From Pseudobdellovibrionaceae bacterium (GTDB taxonomy: Bacteria > Bdellovibrionota > Bdellovibrionia > Bdellovibrionales > Bdellovibrionaceae), in contig JBDHWW010000003.1 in the NCBI GenBank assembly GCA_039810425.1, forward strand, positions 32,001 through 96,000: DNA of 64,000 nt, read 5' to 3'. This document shows, in pieces, positions 1 to 9,604 of the stretch; position 1 is the first letter of the stretch, and every line of letters starts with the position of its first letter. The notes beneath the pieces were generated by a model. That model made no database searches. It saw only the letters and a list, made by a program, of their open reading frames with translations, and was not told the DNA's origin. The position numbers were made by a program, and so were the translations under genes.

Positions 1-607
1 ACCCCGCAGCAAACAAAGAAAAGCCCTTAACCCAACGGCCTTTCATAAAGCCGCGGATCAACAAACAGCCCGACGCCGGAACCATCAAAGCCATCAAGTG
101 ATGATGGCAAAGGCCCAAACCGTACACCAAACCGATCATAAAAACATATTGAAGCTCGTGCTTCTCGTCAAAGCACTGATGAAAATAAATCAACGCCGCG
201 ACTAGAGTGAGGTTCAAAGTGAATACTTCTGGGATTAGAATGTATTGTTGAACTATTCCCTGCGCGAGGAAAATGAGAACTGCCACAAGCGCCGCATTTT
301 TATTCGCCGCTAATGTCTTAAATAAAAAAAAGCAGGCGGCCCACGCGGCCAGAATATTCACCCAAAACTGGGCATCAAACGGGTTCTGGGTGAAAATAAA
401 TAAGAGCTTTCCCAAAAGAACATACAGCGGATATCCCGGGGCATGCGGGATTCCCCAGCCTTGGATCGCTGTCGCAAAATCACTGGCATCAAAAAAAGAA
501 AGCCCCTCGTGTCTTAAGTAAAAACTGACGAGAGTAAAAAGCAGAAAAACAAACTGACTGGCTAAGAACTGCTGGTTAAGGCTCGCCGCCTTTTTCAAGT
601 ATGTCAT
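1..607 (-). CDS. DUF2723/TMEM260-like membrane glycosyltransferase (partial, runs off the window edge)
   Basis: Not in the ORF track; translated by hand from ATG at 607: MTYLKKAASL...FDASDFATAIQGWGIPHAPGYPLYVLLGK...PEVFTLN...GLGLCHHHL. The GIPH(P/A)PGYPLY motif and several hydrophobic segments are typical of DUF2723 proteins. Confidence 0.8.
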   Translation of the reverse strand, partial: MTYLKKAASLNQQFLASQFVFLLFTLVSFYLRHEGLSFFDASDFATAIQGWGIPHAPGYPLYVLLGKLLFIFTQNPFDAQFWVNILAAWAACFFLFKTLAANKNAALVAVLIFLAQGIVQQYILIPEVFTLNLTLVAALIYFHQCFDEKHELQYVFMIGLVYGLGLCHHHLMALMVPASGCLLIRGFMKGRWVKGFSLFAAG

Positions 608-645
608 ATAAAGTCTTTCAGCCCGTCCAAATGTTCCAACGCCCG

Positions 646-1956
646 CTATTCCACGAAGTGCGTGAACATCTTTAGATAAAATCCTTCTGGGAATTGCAAG
701 ATCGTCGGATGGTCCGCCGCGTGCCCACCACGAGTGAGGTTGCGGCCTTGCCAGTTATTACGCTGAATAGCTTTACGAATCGCCTCTTTAAAATCCTCTT
801 CTTCAAGAAGTCCGGAACAAGAACACGACACCACAAAACGCTGCGCTTTAATCATACGGAAGGCTTGAGTGTTCAATTTTAAGTAAGCATGGCGCCCCGT
901 GGGAATATCCTTCTTCGCTTTGATAAACGCCGGCGGATCCGCGATAATGATATCAAAGCTGCGGCTTTCAAACTTATCAAGACCTTCCAACACATCCACT
1001 TTATGGGCTGTGACTTGAGCACCTTCGCGTTCCGCATTCAACTTGGCAAATGCCAAGGCGGATTCAGACACATCACCGAGGTGCACTTCCACCTCAAAAT
1101 CCTGAGTCTTCAGCGCCCGCGAGATCTGTGTCGCCCAGTGACCGGCGTAGCAGCAAAGGTCCAAAATGCGGATCGGCTTTGCTTTCAATTCTGGATGCGC
1201 CTTCGCCCAGTTTTTAAAAAGCTGAACAGCTTGAAAAATATTTTGTGTCTGATCCAAGAAGAAGCCGGTTTTCTGACCCTCGGCAAGATCGCACTGCATG
1301 CGAATCACGCCTTCGTCACTCGCGGAATTCAAAAGAATATCCACTTTCGTGAGATCCATAGCCGGAATTCCTTTAATCGTTTTCGGAGCTTGAATCTCCA
1401 GACCTTCAAGCTTTCGCACGTTCACATCATTACGCAAAACCACGGCCGTTTCATCCCAACCCAGTGTTGTCAGATTCTGTTTCCGCGCCTCCTCTACGAG
1501 GAGCTTAAAAAAGCCCACCGCGTCTTGCAGGGCCTTATCCAAACCCGCCGTCACCAATTGAGACGCGAAGACTTGGCCATTCTTGCCGTTTTGCTCGACG
1601 AGGTAATAATCTAAAACCAATCCCGGCAGGAAATCGGCTTCACCAAAGCACAGACGGAAGCTGCCACGAAAACCCGCGTTCTTGCGAACCTGCCAGGCTT
1701 GCGTGAGTTTCTTAATCAGCGCCGGAAAGCCCAGCGGTTCGCGTTCTTCGGCGTTGAAGCTCACGGCGCGGAATGAAATCAAAGAATGTGGATTGCCATA
1801 ACCCCGCGCCAGAAAACCGCCCTTGCAATCTTGAAGCTCGACGAATGAACCCAGGCCAATCCCCTTTGGGCTGCTGGAGAGTTCATTAGAGAAAACCCAC
1901 GGGTGGCCGCCGCGAATGCGCTTGTCAGCGCCCTGACGTAATTTCCAGATCACCAT
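646..1956 (-). CDS. Class I SAM-dependent rRNA methyltransferase, RlmI family (PUA domain + MTase)
   Basis: GHPWVFSNE N-terminus, GEADFLPGL, GQKTGFFLDQ, LDLCCYAG, DPPAF and SCS motifs. Confidence 0.88.
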   Translation of the reverse strand: MVIWKLRQGADKRIRGGHPWVFSNELSSSPKGIGLGSFVELQDCKGGFLARGYGNPHSLISFRAVSFNAEEREPLGFPALIKKLTQAWQVRKNAGFRGSFRLCFGEADFLPGLVLDYYLVEQNGKNGQVFASQLVTAGLDKALQDAVGFFKLLVEEARKQNLTTLGWDETAVVLRNDVNVRKLEGLEIQAPKTIKGIPAMDLTKVDILLNSASDEGVIRMQCDLAEGQKTGFFLDQTQNIFQAVQLFKNWAKAHPELKAKPIRILDLCCYAGHWATQISRALKTQDFEVEVHLGDVSESALAFAKLNAEREGAQVTAHKVDVLEGLDKFESRSFDIIIADPPAFIKAKKDIPTGRHAYLKLNTQAFRMIKAQRFVVSCSCSGLLEEEDFKEAIRKAIQRNNWQGRNLTRGGHAADHPTILQFPEGFYLKMFTHFVE

Positions 1957-3044
1957 GACTCAACCTCTTTAACTGCAAATACCAACAACGTGGTTTTCTC
2001 TTTAGCGGAAAAATTATTATCACTCATGACCAGCAAACTCTTCCGTCCATCCGGCAGAACCGGCCCCCAGGCCAGGGCCTCAAAGTTTTCCAACGTCTGA
2101 TTTTTAAATAGTTCTTCAAAGTCGATGAGCTTTGTCTTCTTCATTGCCGTGGATTTACCATCCGCTAAGCTCTGCACGGCAGAAACTTCTTTGGCGCCTG
2201 AGGTTTCTGCCAAGTACAGACCACCGGAGTAGGCGATCCCCTTCTTGGTTAGGCGAACTCCACGCTCAAGAACGATAAACTTTCCTTCGCTGACGTATAG
2301 AATCTCGGAAATGCCGCGAAAGATCTCCGCACCCATGGGGCTCTTCGGCATCCGAGTCATCATATAAGGATACTCCGCCGATGCTTTGAAGCTGTCGTTG
2401 TCTTTTTTGAATTCCACCAGGCGCAACCAGAAGTGTAAATCGTCATCGCTTTGATCTGCGATAATTGGATACTCGTTCATGATGTAAAGACTCTGGCCAT
2501 TTGGGCTTGCCGTCATGCCTTCAAAGCCGTGGTTGTTCTCGATGCCTTTTTTCTGAAGCCCGGTGGGCTCCGGTAAAAACTTGTCCGGCAACGGAATCTC
2601 GGATTTATAGACTCCTGTTGCCGAAGTCACAAAGATGTGCGGCATCGCGCGGGGCTTTTTATTGTTATCACCTTCAGTGCTGATACCAAGATCACCCTTC
2701 GGCAGGCTGACGATGGCTTCATCGTCAAGCACCCAGTTCTTTGGTGTTTCTTTCAAGTGCCGTGCCTTCGTCACTCTGAGATCCACTTTGCCCACACTGA
2801 TTTTCATATCGAGTTCGTAAAAGCGGGGCGGACCGAATTTGCCACGATCATCGCTCACGGCGGTGAGAGCGCTACCGTCCCAGAACATTCCGGACAGTCC
2901 GCCGACAACTTCTCTGTCGAGCATCAATTTGGGTGCGAGGCTTGTTTGGGCATAGAGTTCAACCTGCAAGCTCTTGGCATTCGCCAGAGGGGCTTGGGCC
3001 AAGGCCGCCACGAATAGCAGAATTCTTAAAACTAGCTGCGCCAT
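1950..3044 (-). CDS. Exported 'esterase-like activity of phytase' family protein
   Basis: GGLSG, SDDRG, LDDEAI, NHGFEG, ENFEAL and SDNNF motifs. Start moved to MAQLVLRILLF (3044), which gives a signal peptide. Confidence 0.8.
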   Translation of the reverse strand: MAQLVLRILLFVAALAQAPLANAKSLQVELYAQTSLAPKLMLDREVVGGLSGMFWDGSALTAVSDDRGKFGPPRFYELDMKISVGKVDLRVTKARHLKETPKNWVLDDEAIVSLPKGDLGISTEGDNNKKPRAMPHIFVTSATGVYKSEIPLPDKFLPEPTGLQKKGIENNHGFEGMTASPNGQSLYIMNEYPIIADQSDDDLHFWLRLVEFKKDNDSFKASAEYPYMMTRMPKSPMGAEIFRGISEILYVSEGKFIVLERGVRLTKKGIAYSGGLYLAETSGAKEVSAVQSLADGKSTAMKKTKLIDFEELFKNQTLENFEALAWGPVLPDGRKSLLVMSDNNFSAKEKTTLLVFAVKEVESW

Positions 3045-4072
3045 CTCAGGTCGGTCTCTTTCACCGGGTTGTGGAAATCCCGTTTTTCTTCCAGATGTTT
3101 TTCCCATTCCGTTTTTAAGGCATAGTACCACTTAGCCTGAGAGTCCGCATCTTTGATCAACATCAGGCTAGGATCATACCTGAGGCCGTCTTGTTGCTTG
3201 GAAACCGCATCCATATCCTGGTGCAAGAAAACCTTTGTAAATTTGTGAATGGCTGGCTTAATCAGACTCAGCCAGGGAATGTCCCAATAAGCCATCTGGT
3301 GAATCACGGTTTCTTTCTCATTCACCGGGGTCAGAGCCGTATAAGAATAGAAACTGCGCTCACCGACCTGAACGTGTTCTACCCGCACGCAGGGAAGACT
3401 GAAAGTGATTTCCGTCGTCGGCACGCCGCCGAGAATTTTATAAGCTTTCGAGTTTGAGGACGGCTGATGGCGCACCATCTGAAAACCATGTTCCACCGGC
3501 GCGAATTTTTTACGTTTTTCATGCATGGTTTTTTCTGAGCGCCAAAACCAGCTCTTATGAACATAAGGACCATGCGCCGGATCCATCAAACCGATCACCG
3601 CATGATCGATGTGGCATGGAAAAATACATTTTTCGAGAATCTTCGGCTGCACGTCCGCCGGCAGTCCCTTCATGTACGGAGGCTCTGGGGCCTGGGAAAT
3701 ATCAAAGTTCTTGTCACCTACGAAAACCCAAATCAGCCCTTGCTGCTCTTTCACCGGATAGTGGCGAACCTTAATTTTTGTGCAATCTAAATCCTGGCCC
3801 TCGCACAAAGACGGGATCTCAGTACAAGTGCCCTCGCCGTTGAACTTCCAACCATGGTATGGACACTCCACTTGGTCTTTCACGACGCGGCCATAGCTCA
3901 AAGGAATGCCCCGATGGGGGCAGATGTCACGAATGCCCGAGATTTTGTTTTGCGAATCACGGAAAAACACAATGGGATCACCCAAGATTACGCGCGACTG
4001 CATTTTGTTTGCTTTTAATTCGCTGCTCGGGAGAGCCACATACCATACGTTACGAAGAAAAGTTTGTTGCAT
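3032..4072 (-). CDS. Rieske non-heme iron oxygenase alpha subunit (VanA/KshA-like)
   Basis: Rieske ligands CPHRG and CPYHGW; mononuclear Fe motif DPAHGPYVH. Confidence 0.88.
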   Translation of the reverse strand: MQQTFLRNVWYVALPSSELKANKMQSRVILGDPIVFFRDSQNKISGIRDICPHRGIPLSYGRVVKDQVECPYHGWKFNGEGTCTEIPSLCEGQDLDCTKIKVRHYPVKEQQGLIWVFVGDKNFDISQAPEPPYMKGLPADVQPKILEKCIFPCHIDHAVIGLMDPAHGPYVHKSWFWRSEKTMHEKRKKFAPVEHGFQMVRHQPSSNSKAYKILGGVPTTEITFSLPCVRVEHVQVGERSFYSYTALTPVNEKETVIHQMAYWDIPWLSLIKPAIHKFTKVFLHQDMDAVSKQQDGLRYDPSLMLIKDADSQAKWYYALKTEWEKHLEEKRDFHNPVKETDLRWRS

Positions 4073-4084
4073 TGAAAACCCTCC

Positions 4085-4945
4085 CTATGAGCGACGAAGG
4101 CCCGCACGAACCTCGGCGAGGAAAACAGTATTTTCTAAAAGAGAAGTAATGGTCATCGGGCCCACACCACCCGGCACCGGAGTAATTGCTGAAACGATAT
4201 CCGCAAGCTCTTCAAAACGCACGTCCCCACAGAGTTCTCCTCCGCCCGTGCCGTGCATGCCGACATCCACCACCACGGAACCTTGCTTGAAATCCTCGCG
4301 GCCCAAGAAGCGTTTTTGCCCTGCTGCTACAACGACGATATCTGCACGCGAAGTGTAGTCACGTACGCTACGGGTTTTTGAATGGCAGATCGTCACCGTC
4401 GCATTGGCTTCATTCAGAAGCATCGCCATCGGTTTGCCAACGATTTGACTGCGGCCGACAACAACTGCGTTCATCCCTCCAACGTCGACTTTGTAATGTT
4501 CAAGAATGTTCATGATTCCCATCGGAGTGCAGGGCTTCACAAACGGGCTCCCCAGGGCTAAGTAACCGGCATTCACATAAGTCAGACCATCGGCATCTTT
4601 CTCAGCCATGATGTTACGAAGAACCGGCTCGAGCCGAAGCTGTCTCGGAAGTGGCAACTGCACAAGGATGCCGTCGACTTTGGAATCCAAATTCAATCTC
4701 TCGATCCACTGATTGAGATCGTCCTGGGTCGCCGCCGCGGGTAGGGTGTAAATTGATGAATCCAATCCTGTCTTCTGACAAGCCCGGTGCTTACTTCGCA
4801 CATACACCTGGCTTGCGGGATCTTCTCCGACAAGAACAACTGAGAGCTGTGGCGCTCGGCCCGTAGCTCTCTTAAAGTTTTCAATTCTTGGTTTTAAAGC
4901 CTCTCTGCGGACCGCAGCGACGTTTTTTCCATCCAAGAGGATCAT
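4085..4945 (-). CDS. folD: Bifunctional methylenetetrahydrofolate dehydrogenase/cyclohydrolase
   Basis: YVRSK, DGILVQLPLP, PCTP, GRSQIVGKP and TPVPGGVGPMT motifs. Start set at MILLDGK (4945). Confidence 0.96.
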   Translation of the reverse strand: MILLDGKNVAAVRREALKPRIENFKRATGRAPQLSVVLVGEDPASQVYVRSKHRACQKTGLDSSIYTLPAAATQDDLNQWIERLNLDSKVDGILVQLPLPRQLRLEPVLRNIMAEKDADGLTYVNAGYLALGSPFVKPCTPMGIMNILEHYKVDVGGMNAVVVGRSQIVGKPMAMLLNEANATVTICHSKTRSVRDYTSRADIVVVAAGQKRFLGREDFKQGSVVVDVGMHGTGGGELCGDVRFEELADIVSAITPVPGGVGPMTITSLLENTVFLAEVRAGLRRS

Positions 4946-5053
4946 CGAGTACCACCTTTGATATCTCAATTTGTTCTATTTCACTAAGAAATTCAATAAT
5001 TTATCACAAAAAATTATCGGCTAAATGCTCTGCAACCGGCCATGGGTGCTGTC

Positions 5054-5082
5054 TTGACCGCAACAGTGCCATAGTTTATTGT
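5054..5082 (+). promoter_or_regulatory. Putative sigma70 promoter for the 5114 gene
   Basis: TTGACC-N17-TATTGT, about 30 nt upstream of the start; a GGAGG RBS follows. Confidence 0.5.
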
Positions 5083-5113
5083 ACAAATTCTTGAAACCAC
5101 GGAGGAATTTAAA

Positions 5114-5401
5114 ATGGCTGAAAAAGTGAAACTTTCCAAAGATGGAAGTTCGATCGACTTTGTTCAATCTGACAGCATCCCTACGTCCCTAAAAAAGTTC
5201 CGCCAAAGCCCGGAGATCGAAGGGTTCTACCGTTTCGTTTTCGAGAATGATTTGCAAAAAGAATCTTACGAAATCCTCGATCAAATCATTATTGCTCGCA
5301 AGACTAAAAAAGCGACAGCGGCGAAAGAAGCTAAGGCAGCAGCTAAAGAGGCTGAATCCGCCGCGAAAAACGCAAAAAACATCAAAGCTAAAAAGAAATA
5401 G
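5114..5401 (+). CDS. Small hypothetical protein with a Lys/Ala-rich (histone H1-like) C-terminal tail
   Basis: GGAGG RBS, its own promoter and terminator; tail KTKKATAAKEAKAAAKEAESAAKNAKNIKAKKK. Confidence 0.8.
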   Translation: MAEKVKLSKDGSSIDFVQSDSIPTSLKKFRQSPEIEGFYRFVFENDLQKESYEILDQIIIARKTKKATAAKEAKAAAKEAESAAKNAKNIKAKKK

Positions 5402-5430
5402 CTTTCTGCTTTAGAAACAAAAGTCCGACG

Positions 5431-5459
5431 AAAGGATCCGCAACCCGGATCCTTTTTTT
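5431..5459 (+). terminator. Rho-independent terminator
   Basis: AAAGGATCCG-caacc-CGGATCCTTT stem-loop running into a T7 tract. Confidence 0.85.
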
Positions 5460-5488
5460 ATGTCCTCGGCTTAATCGGCCACCCGCCG

Positions 5489-5504
5489 TGGAATCCATTT
5501 TGCT
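5489..5504 (+). promoter_or_regulatory. Putative sigma54 (-24/-12) promoter for the flp/tad pilin operon
   Basis: TGGAATCCATTTTGCT = GG-N10-GC with TTGC, just upstream of the AGGAGG RBS of flp. Confidence 0.6.
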
Positions 5505-5527
5505 CTGCTGCTCCAGCAGGAGGGCCC

Positions 5528-5791
5528 ATGTCCCAAAGAATTCTGAAAAACAGCAAAGGCCAAAGCCTGATTGAATATCTGATTATCGTTGCCATCGTCG
5601 CAGTGGGAACACTGTCAATCGTGCGTGTGGTCGGTAAAAACGTCTCCGTGCAATTCGCCAACGTGGCGAAGGCCCTTGGCAGCGGTGATGACAGCCAGCT
5701 CAAAGCCGAAAAACTCGATTCTAAAATGTATAGCAAAAAAGACTTAGGGAACTTCCTGGATGGCGCGACTTCCGGTAGCTCTAAAAAATAG
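5528..5791 (+). CDS. flp: Flp family type IVb pilin
   Basis: Prepilin motif KG|QSLIEYLII followed by a hydrophobic helix; 87 aa. Confidence 0.85.
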   Translation: MSQRILKNSKGQSLIEYLIIVAIVAVGTLSIVRVVGKNVSVQFANVAKALGSGDDSQLKAEKLDSKMYSKKDLGNFLDGATSGSSKK

Positions 5792-6113
5792 TCGCGGTCA
5801 GGCCCTGATCGAAACTCTCGCACTAAGTTCGGCGCTCGTGGCGGCTCTCGGGGTTTTATTGGGAGTTCTCTATTTTGGTTTCGTGCATATCGGAGCGAAC
5901 TACTTAATGCATGAGCTTCTCGTCTGCCAGGCGACTGACGGCGAGCACGGTTGCGAAAAGCAGTTTCGTTCGCGTGCGGGGTCTTTTTTGTTTGCGGCCA
6001 AAGTCCTCAGCCTCGAAAGCCGACAGAACTTCGCAGGCTATGGAGCTCGCTTGATTTTGCAAATGCCGATGAGGCGGACTTTGACCCTGAAAAAAGAACT
6101 GCGGATTTACTGA
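5760..6113 (+). CDS. TadE-like pseudopilin
   Basis: RG|QALIE motif plus hydrophobic segment; overlaps flp. Confidence 0.7.
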   Translation: MARLPVALKNSRGQALIETLALSSALVAALGVLLGVLYFGFVHIGANYLMHELLVCQATDGEHGCEKQFRSRAGSFLFAAKVLSLESRQNFAGYGARLILQMPMRRTLTLKKELRIY

Positions 6114-6850
6114 TGAAATCTTCAGAAGGTTTCGCCACTATTTTATTTTTGTCTTTGCTACCGCTGATCTTAGCTGCGGGAATTGCGCTGTTTTTTGCAT
6201 TTGACCTTCTGAAGAGTGATCTAGCGATCTTAAATGTCTGCCGTGCGAAGGCGTTGGCAGTGCAAAACAAAGCAGGTCGGAATTTGACGAAGTTGTTGAA
6301 GCTGAATCCCCGCGCTGTCAGTTTGCGCGCGGAAGAGGCCCGGGCTGAAAAGATACTGGTTTCCGCCGTGGAAAGCGGGAACCCCGGAGCGATTGCGGCG
6401 GCCGAAGCCTACTTGTTGTCAGTGAAAATGCGGCGTCAAGATCTGCACATCCGTCAAAGAGCCTTGATCGACACGGCAGATGCTTGGCTCGCGGCTGGTG
6501 GCACGGAACTACCTCGGGAGTTACAGCGAGAATGGCTTCAGCATCACCGAGGGCTGTCTTCTTGGCTCGAGAGCCGCTTTCAAACCGGGCGAACGAGTCT
6601 TGCAAAGCTTGCGGTTATGGCGGATCTCCCCGAGGTCGCGCCTGTTTATTTGCTGCGACCTGATTTTGTTGAAGCCCAAGCCTGGAAGCAGACCTGGAGT
6701 TTTCGGCTGACAACAATAGGCTGGGCACGAAGATATCTAAATTTTAACGGAGGCTTTGAAAGATCATGCACGGTTTCGTTGTATGTCGACGGCGAAGAAT
6801 GGTTCGCCCGTCTGAAAAAGGACAAGTTCTCATCGAAGGGCTCTTTGTAA
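6113..6850 (+). CDS. TadG-like minor pilin / hypothetical Tad protein
   Basis: Start moved to ATG 6113 (TGATG coupling with the upstream stop); MKSSEG|FATILFL pilin-like N-terminus and TM helix. Confidence 0.6.
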   Translation: MKSSEGFATILFLSLLPLILAAGIALFFAFDLLKSDLAILNVCRAKALAVQNKAGRNLTKLLKLNPRAVSLRAEEARAEKILVSAVESGNPGAIAAAEAYLLSVKMRRQDLHIRQRALIDTADAWLAAGGTELPRELQREWLQHHRGLSSWLESRFQTGRTSLAKLAVMADLPEVAPVYLLRPDFVEAQAWKQTWSFRLTTIGWARRYLNFNGGFERSCTVSLYVDGEEWFARLKKDKFSSKGSL

Positions 6851-6960
6851 TGATTTTTTTCACCGGTATTTTACTGGTATTGATGAGTTTCGTTAGAAAC
6901 CAAAACGGAGTGATGAAAAACTATGAGCTACCTGCAAAAATTAAATATAAAAACCGATAA
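6799..6960 (+). CDS. Very short TadE-like pilin (53 aa)
   Basis: MVRPSEKG|QVLIEGLFVMIFF prepilin motif; overlaps both neighbours in the operon. Confidence 0.6.
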   Translation: MVRPSEKGQVLIEGLFVMIFFTGILLVLMSFVRNQNGVMKNYELPAKIKYKNR

Positions 6961-7402
6961 AGCACTTCTTATTGCTTTCGTCGGCTTAGGTGGCGCGATT
7001 TTGCTCTTAAACTTACTCGCCTCGTCCTCGACTTCGAGCGAGACTGCGGCTTCCCACAAAGACGAAGGCTATGCCGTCGACACAATGATTCCCGCGGGGT
7101 ATCTCCTGATTCCCTTGGAGCTTAGCAATGCAGAATCACTGTCTTCTCTTTCAGGAAGCTTCTCGATTGTGGATCTGTATGTCACTGGTGATAAAGAAAA
7201 AAAGGGATTTAAAATCGCAGCCGCGGTCAAACTATTGCGAGCGCCACTAAACCCCCAGCAATTCGCAGTCTTGGTGCGTGAGGAGGACAGCGGAAAGATT
7301 GTCACACATGAAGGTCCCTTCTTCGCCGCGCTTAAAAACCCAAACGAAGTTTCCAAAGCCCGAACGACCAAGAATCCCCTCTTGATTCAATATGGAGAAT
7401 AA
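6923..7402 (+). CDS. Putative Flp pilus assembly protein, RcpC/CpaB-like
   Basis: N-terminal TM; IPAGYLLIPL and VDLYV segments resemble the CpaB C-terminal domain; Tad context. Confidence 0.5.
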   Translation: MSYLQKLNIKTDKALLIAFVGLGGAILLLNLLASSSTSSETAASHKDEGYAVDTMIPAGYLLIPLELSNAESLSSLSGSFSIVDLYVTGDKEKKGFKIAAAVKLLRAPLNPQQFAVLVREEDSGKIVTHEGPFFAALKNPNEVSKARTTKNPLLIQYGE

Positions 7403-7407
7403 GTGTT

Positions 7408-8280
7408 ATGTTACAAAGATATGCTTTACTAGCCGTGCTGGTTTTTTTGAATTCCGCCCTGCCTTCGACTGCAAAAGCGATCTTGTTTCAGTCGCCGGGC
7501 TCAAACTCCGAAGAATTTCAAAACCATGCTCTTGGAAAAAATCAACTGACTTACACCCAGTGGGTTGAAAAAAATTTACAGGAGCCCGCGACAGAGCCCC
7601 ATCCGCAAGTTCTTGAGTTCTCTCAACGGGCGCTTCAAGAAAAATCCTCGAAGCAGCTTGCCGCCGATTGGAAACGGATTCGACTCAATATTGATTTGAA
7701 CCGGCTTGATCGCGAGATTTTGCTTTTACTTGCGGAAAAATTGCATGTGACTCAAGAACTCTGCCGCTATCTTCTTTTGGAGCCCGAAATGGCTGAACTC
7801 CTTAAGAATCCTGCTCCATCCGCCCTCTGCTCATCGCAGGCGGTTGCGCTGCCGGAGTCATTGCTCGCACACATTGATGCTCACGATCTGATTCTCATAG
7901 ATGGGAAAGGGTTTACGAAAAACCAACTGCCCCCTCGTCTTGTGAACGGCTCTTACCAGTGGAAATTTGTTTCGAATCGCTTTGAGGACCGCCGTTTCAC
8001 TGGGGATGCCAACGACTTGGCGGCGCTAAAAACCCCGCCACAGCCCTGGGTTCTAGGAGACTGCCAGAGTTACCGGTTTCCGAATTTAGATTTTTCTCTT
8101 CAGCTTCAATCGCAGGTCTATTTTAGCAACGCCTGCGTCCAACCAGGAATCCCCAAAGAGAAAACCTGGGGTGATTGGGCCTCAAATCACAAAACTCTGC
8201 TTTGGGTTGTCGGCATTGTTGCGACGGGTATAGCCGCCAGTCAATTGAAAGATAAAACTTTAGTGATCACGAAGCCTTGA
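7408..8280 (+). CDS. Hypothetical exported protein with a C-terminal membrane anchor
   Basis: 290-aa ORF, signal peptide, C-terminal hydrophobic helix LLWVVGIVATGIAA. Confidence 0.7.
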   Translation: MLQRYALLAVLVFLNSALPSTAKAILFQSPGSNSEEFQNHALGKNQLTYTQWVEKNLQEPATEPHPQVLEFSQRALQEKSSKQLAADWKRIRLNIDLNRLDREILLLLAEKLHVTQELCRYLLLEPEMAELLKNPAPSALCSSQAVALPESLLAHIDAHDLILIDGKGFTKNQLPPRLVNGSYQWKFVSNRFEDRRFTGDANDLAALKTPPQPWVLGDCQSYRFPNLDFSLQLQSQVYFSNACVQPGIPKEKTWGDWASNHKTLLWVVGIVATGIAASQLKDKTLVITKP

Positions 8281-9549
8281 TTATTTTTCAGGTGGGAACG
8301 TCACCAGCCGTCCATCAAACATAAGCTCGTGTAGTTTTTGCCCCGAAAAGACCGTGTATGTCTCGCCGAGAGCCGCTCCAGGAAATGAATGATAGTCCAG
8401 GATGTCGCCTTTGAGGGCAGGGATTTTTGCTTTCATGCTTTCCGTGAGGGCGCGCTGATTATCCCAGAAAGAAGTTTTCGCCACCGGTGAATCACTACCG
8501 AAATAAAGCGGAATTCCCGAGCGAGACAAAGTCCCCCACGGGAATGCGTGCTTGTAAAGATCACCAAGCTTTTCTTTGAGCCACGCTTTATCACTGAGCC
8601 AGTGACATGGCTGCATATGGCAACGCACATGAAGAGCTTTCATCATCAGAACAGTTTCAGGTCGCAAGACCTCAACATGCTCTAAGTTTAGCCAGCCTGT
8701 GTATTGGTTCGTCGCCATGACTTTTCTTGCCGCAAGTACGACTTGATGAGCCGCTTCATCGCCAATCGTGTGAACAGCGACCTCAAAGCCCTTCCCCCAG
8801 GCTTGCCGGAAAAGAGTCTCTAAATCTGAAGACGTCCATGAAAATTTATGATGAACGCAGTTGCACTGAGAAAGCCATGCGGTGTCTGAGCCCAAAGTGC
8901 CATCGAAGAAAATTTTAATTCCCTGCGCTTTTAGATGAGGTGTTTCTTGCCTCTTTGCCATCTCTAGCAGCTCTAAAACGCGATCAATGTCTTTCGGTTG
9001 CCCGCAGAGAAAGTTCTCTTGAACGTAAAGAGTCAGCTCGCCAGCCCTATCGAGCGCCAAAGCCACACGCCATTGCTGCTCATCGCAAGTCATATCACGA
9101 ATATGTGTGAAGCCGGCACGATTGAAAATCTCGCAGCCTTTTTTCAGTGATTGACGGATTTGCTGGTCAGAAAGTTTCGGTAAAGCGTAGTAAGCTTTAA
9201 AATGGTCTTCTTCGAGAAGAATTCCGGAGTGGCTGCACTCGAAACCCAGTTGATCTAGCGCAATTGAATTCAGCCAAGAACAATGACCATCCGCACGCTG
9301 AAGCATCACTGGAAAATCCGGGAAGACGCGATCGAGGAGCTCTTTAGCTGGAAGTTTTTTATCAGACCACTTATGATGATCCCAGCCAAAGCCGACGAGC
9401 CAATTGCCGCGGAAGAACTCCGGCTTTACCGCGATCGCAGAAACGTCTTCGGGCTTTTGCAGATCAAAGAGCGGCAACCCGACGGCGATCTGTCCGGTGC
9501 CGAGCCAATGAATATGGGAGTCATAAAGACGCGGAATCTTTAAAAGCAT
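8281..9549 (-). CDS. Amidohydrolase family 3 (YtcJ-like) protein
   Basis: DSHIH metal motif, KIFFDGTLGS, HTIGD, LEH and GSDSPV motifs. Confidence 0.88.
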   Translation of the reverse strand: MLLKIPRLYDSHIHWLGTGQIAVGLPLFDLQKPEDVSAIAVKPEFFRGNWLVGFGWDHHKWSDKKLPAKELLDRVFPDFPVMLQRADGHCSWLNSIALDQLGFECSHSGILLEEDHFKAYYALPKLSDQQIRQSLKKGCEIFNRAGFTHIRDMTCDEQQWRVALALDRAGELTLYVQENFLCGQPKDIDRVLELLEMAKRQETPHLKAQGIKIFFDGTLGSDTAWLSQCNCVHHKFSWTSSDLETLFRQAWGKGFEVAVHTIGDEAAHQVVLAARKVMATNQYTGWLNLEHVEVLRPETVLMMKALHVRCHMQPCHWLSDKAWLKEKLGDLYKHAFPWGTLSRSGIPLYFGSDSPVAKTSFWDNQRALTESMKAKIPALKGDILDYHSFPGAALGETYTVFSGQKLHELMFDGRLVTFPPEK

Positions 9550-9604
9550 AAGCCCCTCTGTTTTAGCAGAGAGGCTTCGTTTTTTTAAGCACTAATTTTG
9601 TAAA

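Noticed and set aside
889..1614. Long antisense and alternative-frame ORFs (also 9778-10311, 18271-18897, 22822-23433, 43669-44208, 52103-52630)
   Set aside because: They overlap well-supported genes and have no motifs; treated as shadow ORFs.
9550..9586. Hairpin overlapping the amidohydrolase RBS as a regulatory RNA
   Set aside because: It is a single imperfect stem that fits a terminator or stability hairpin equally well; no alternative structure or aptamer is visible.
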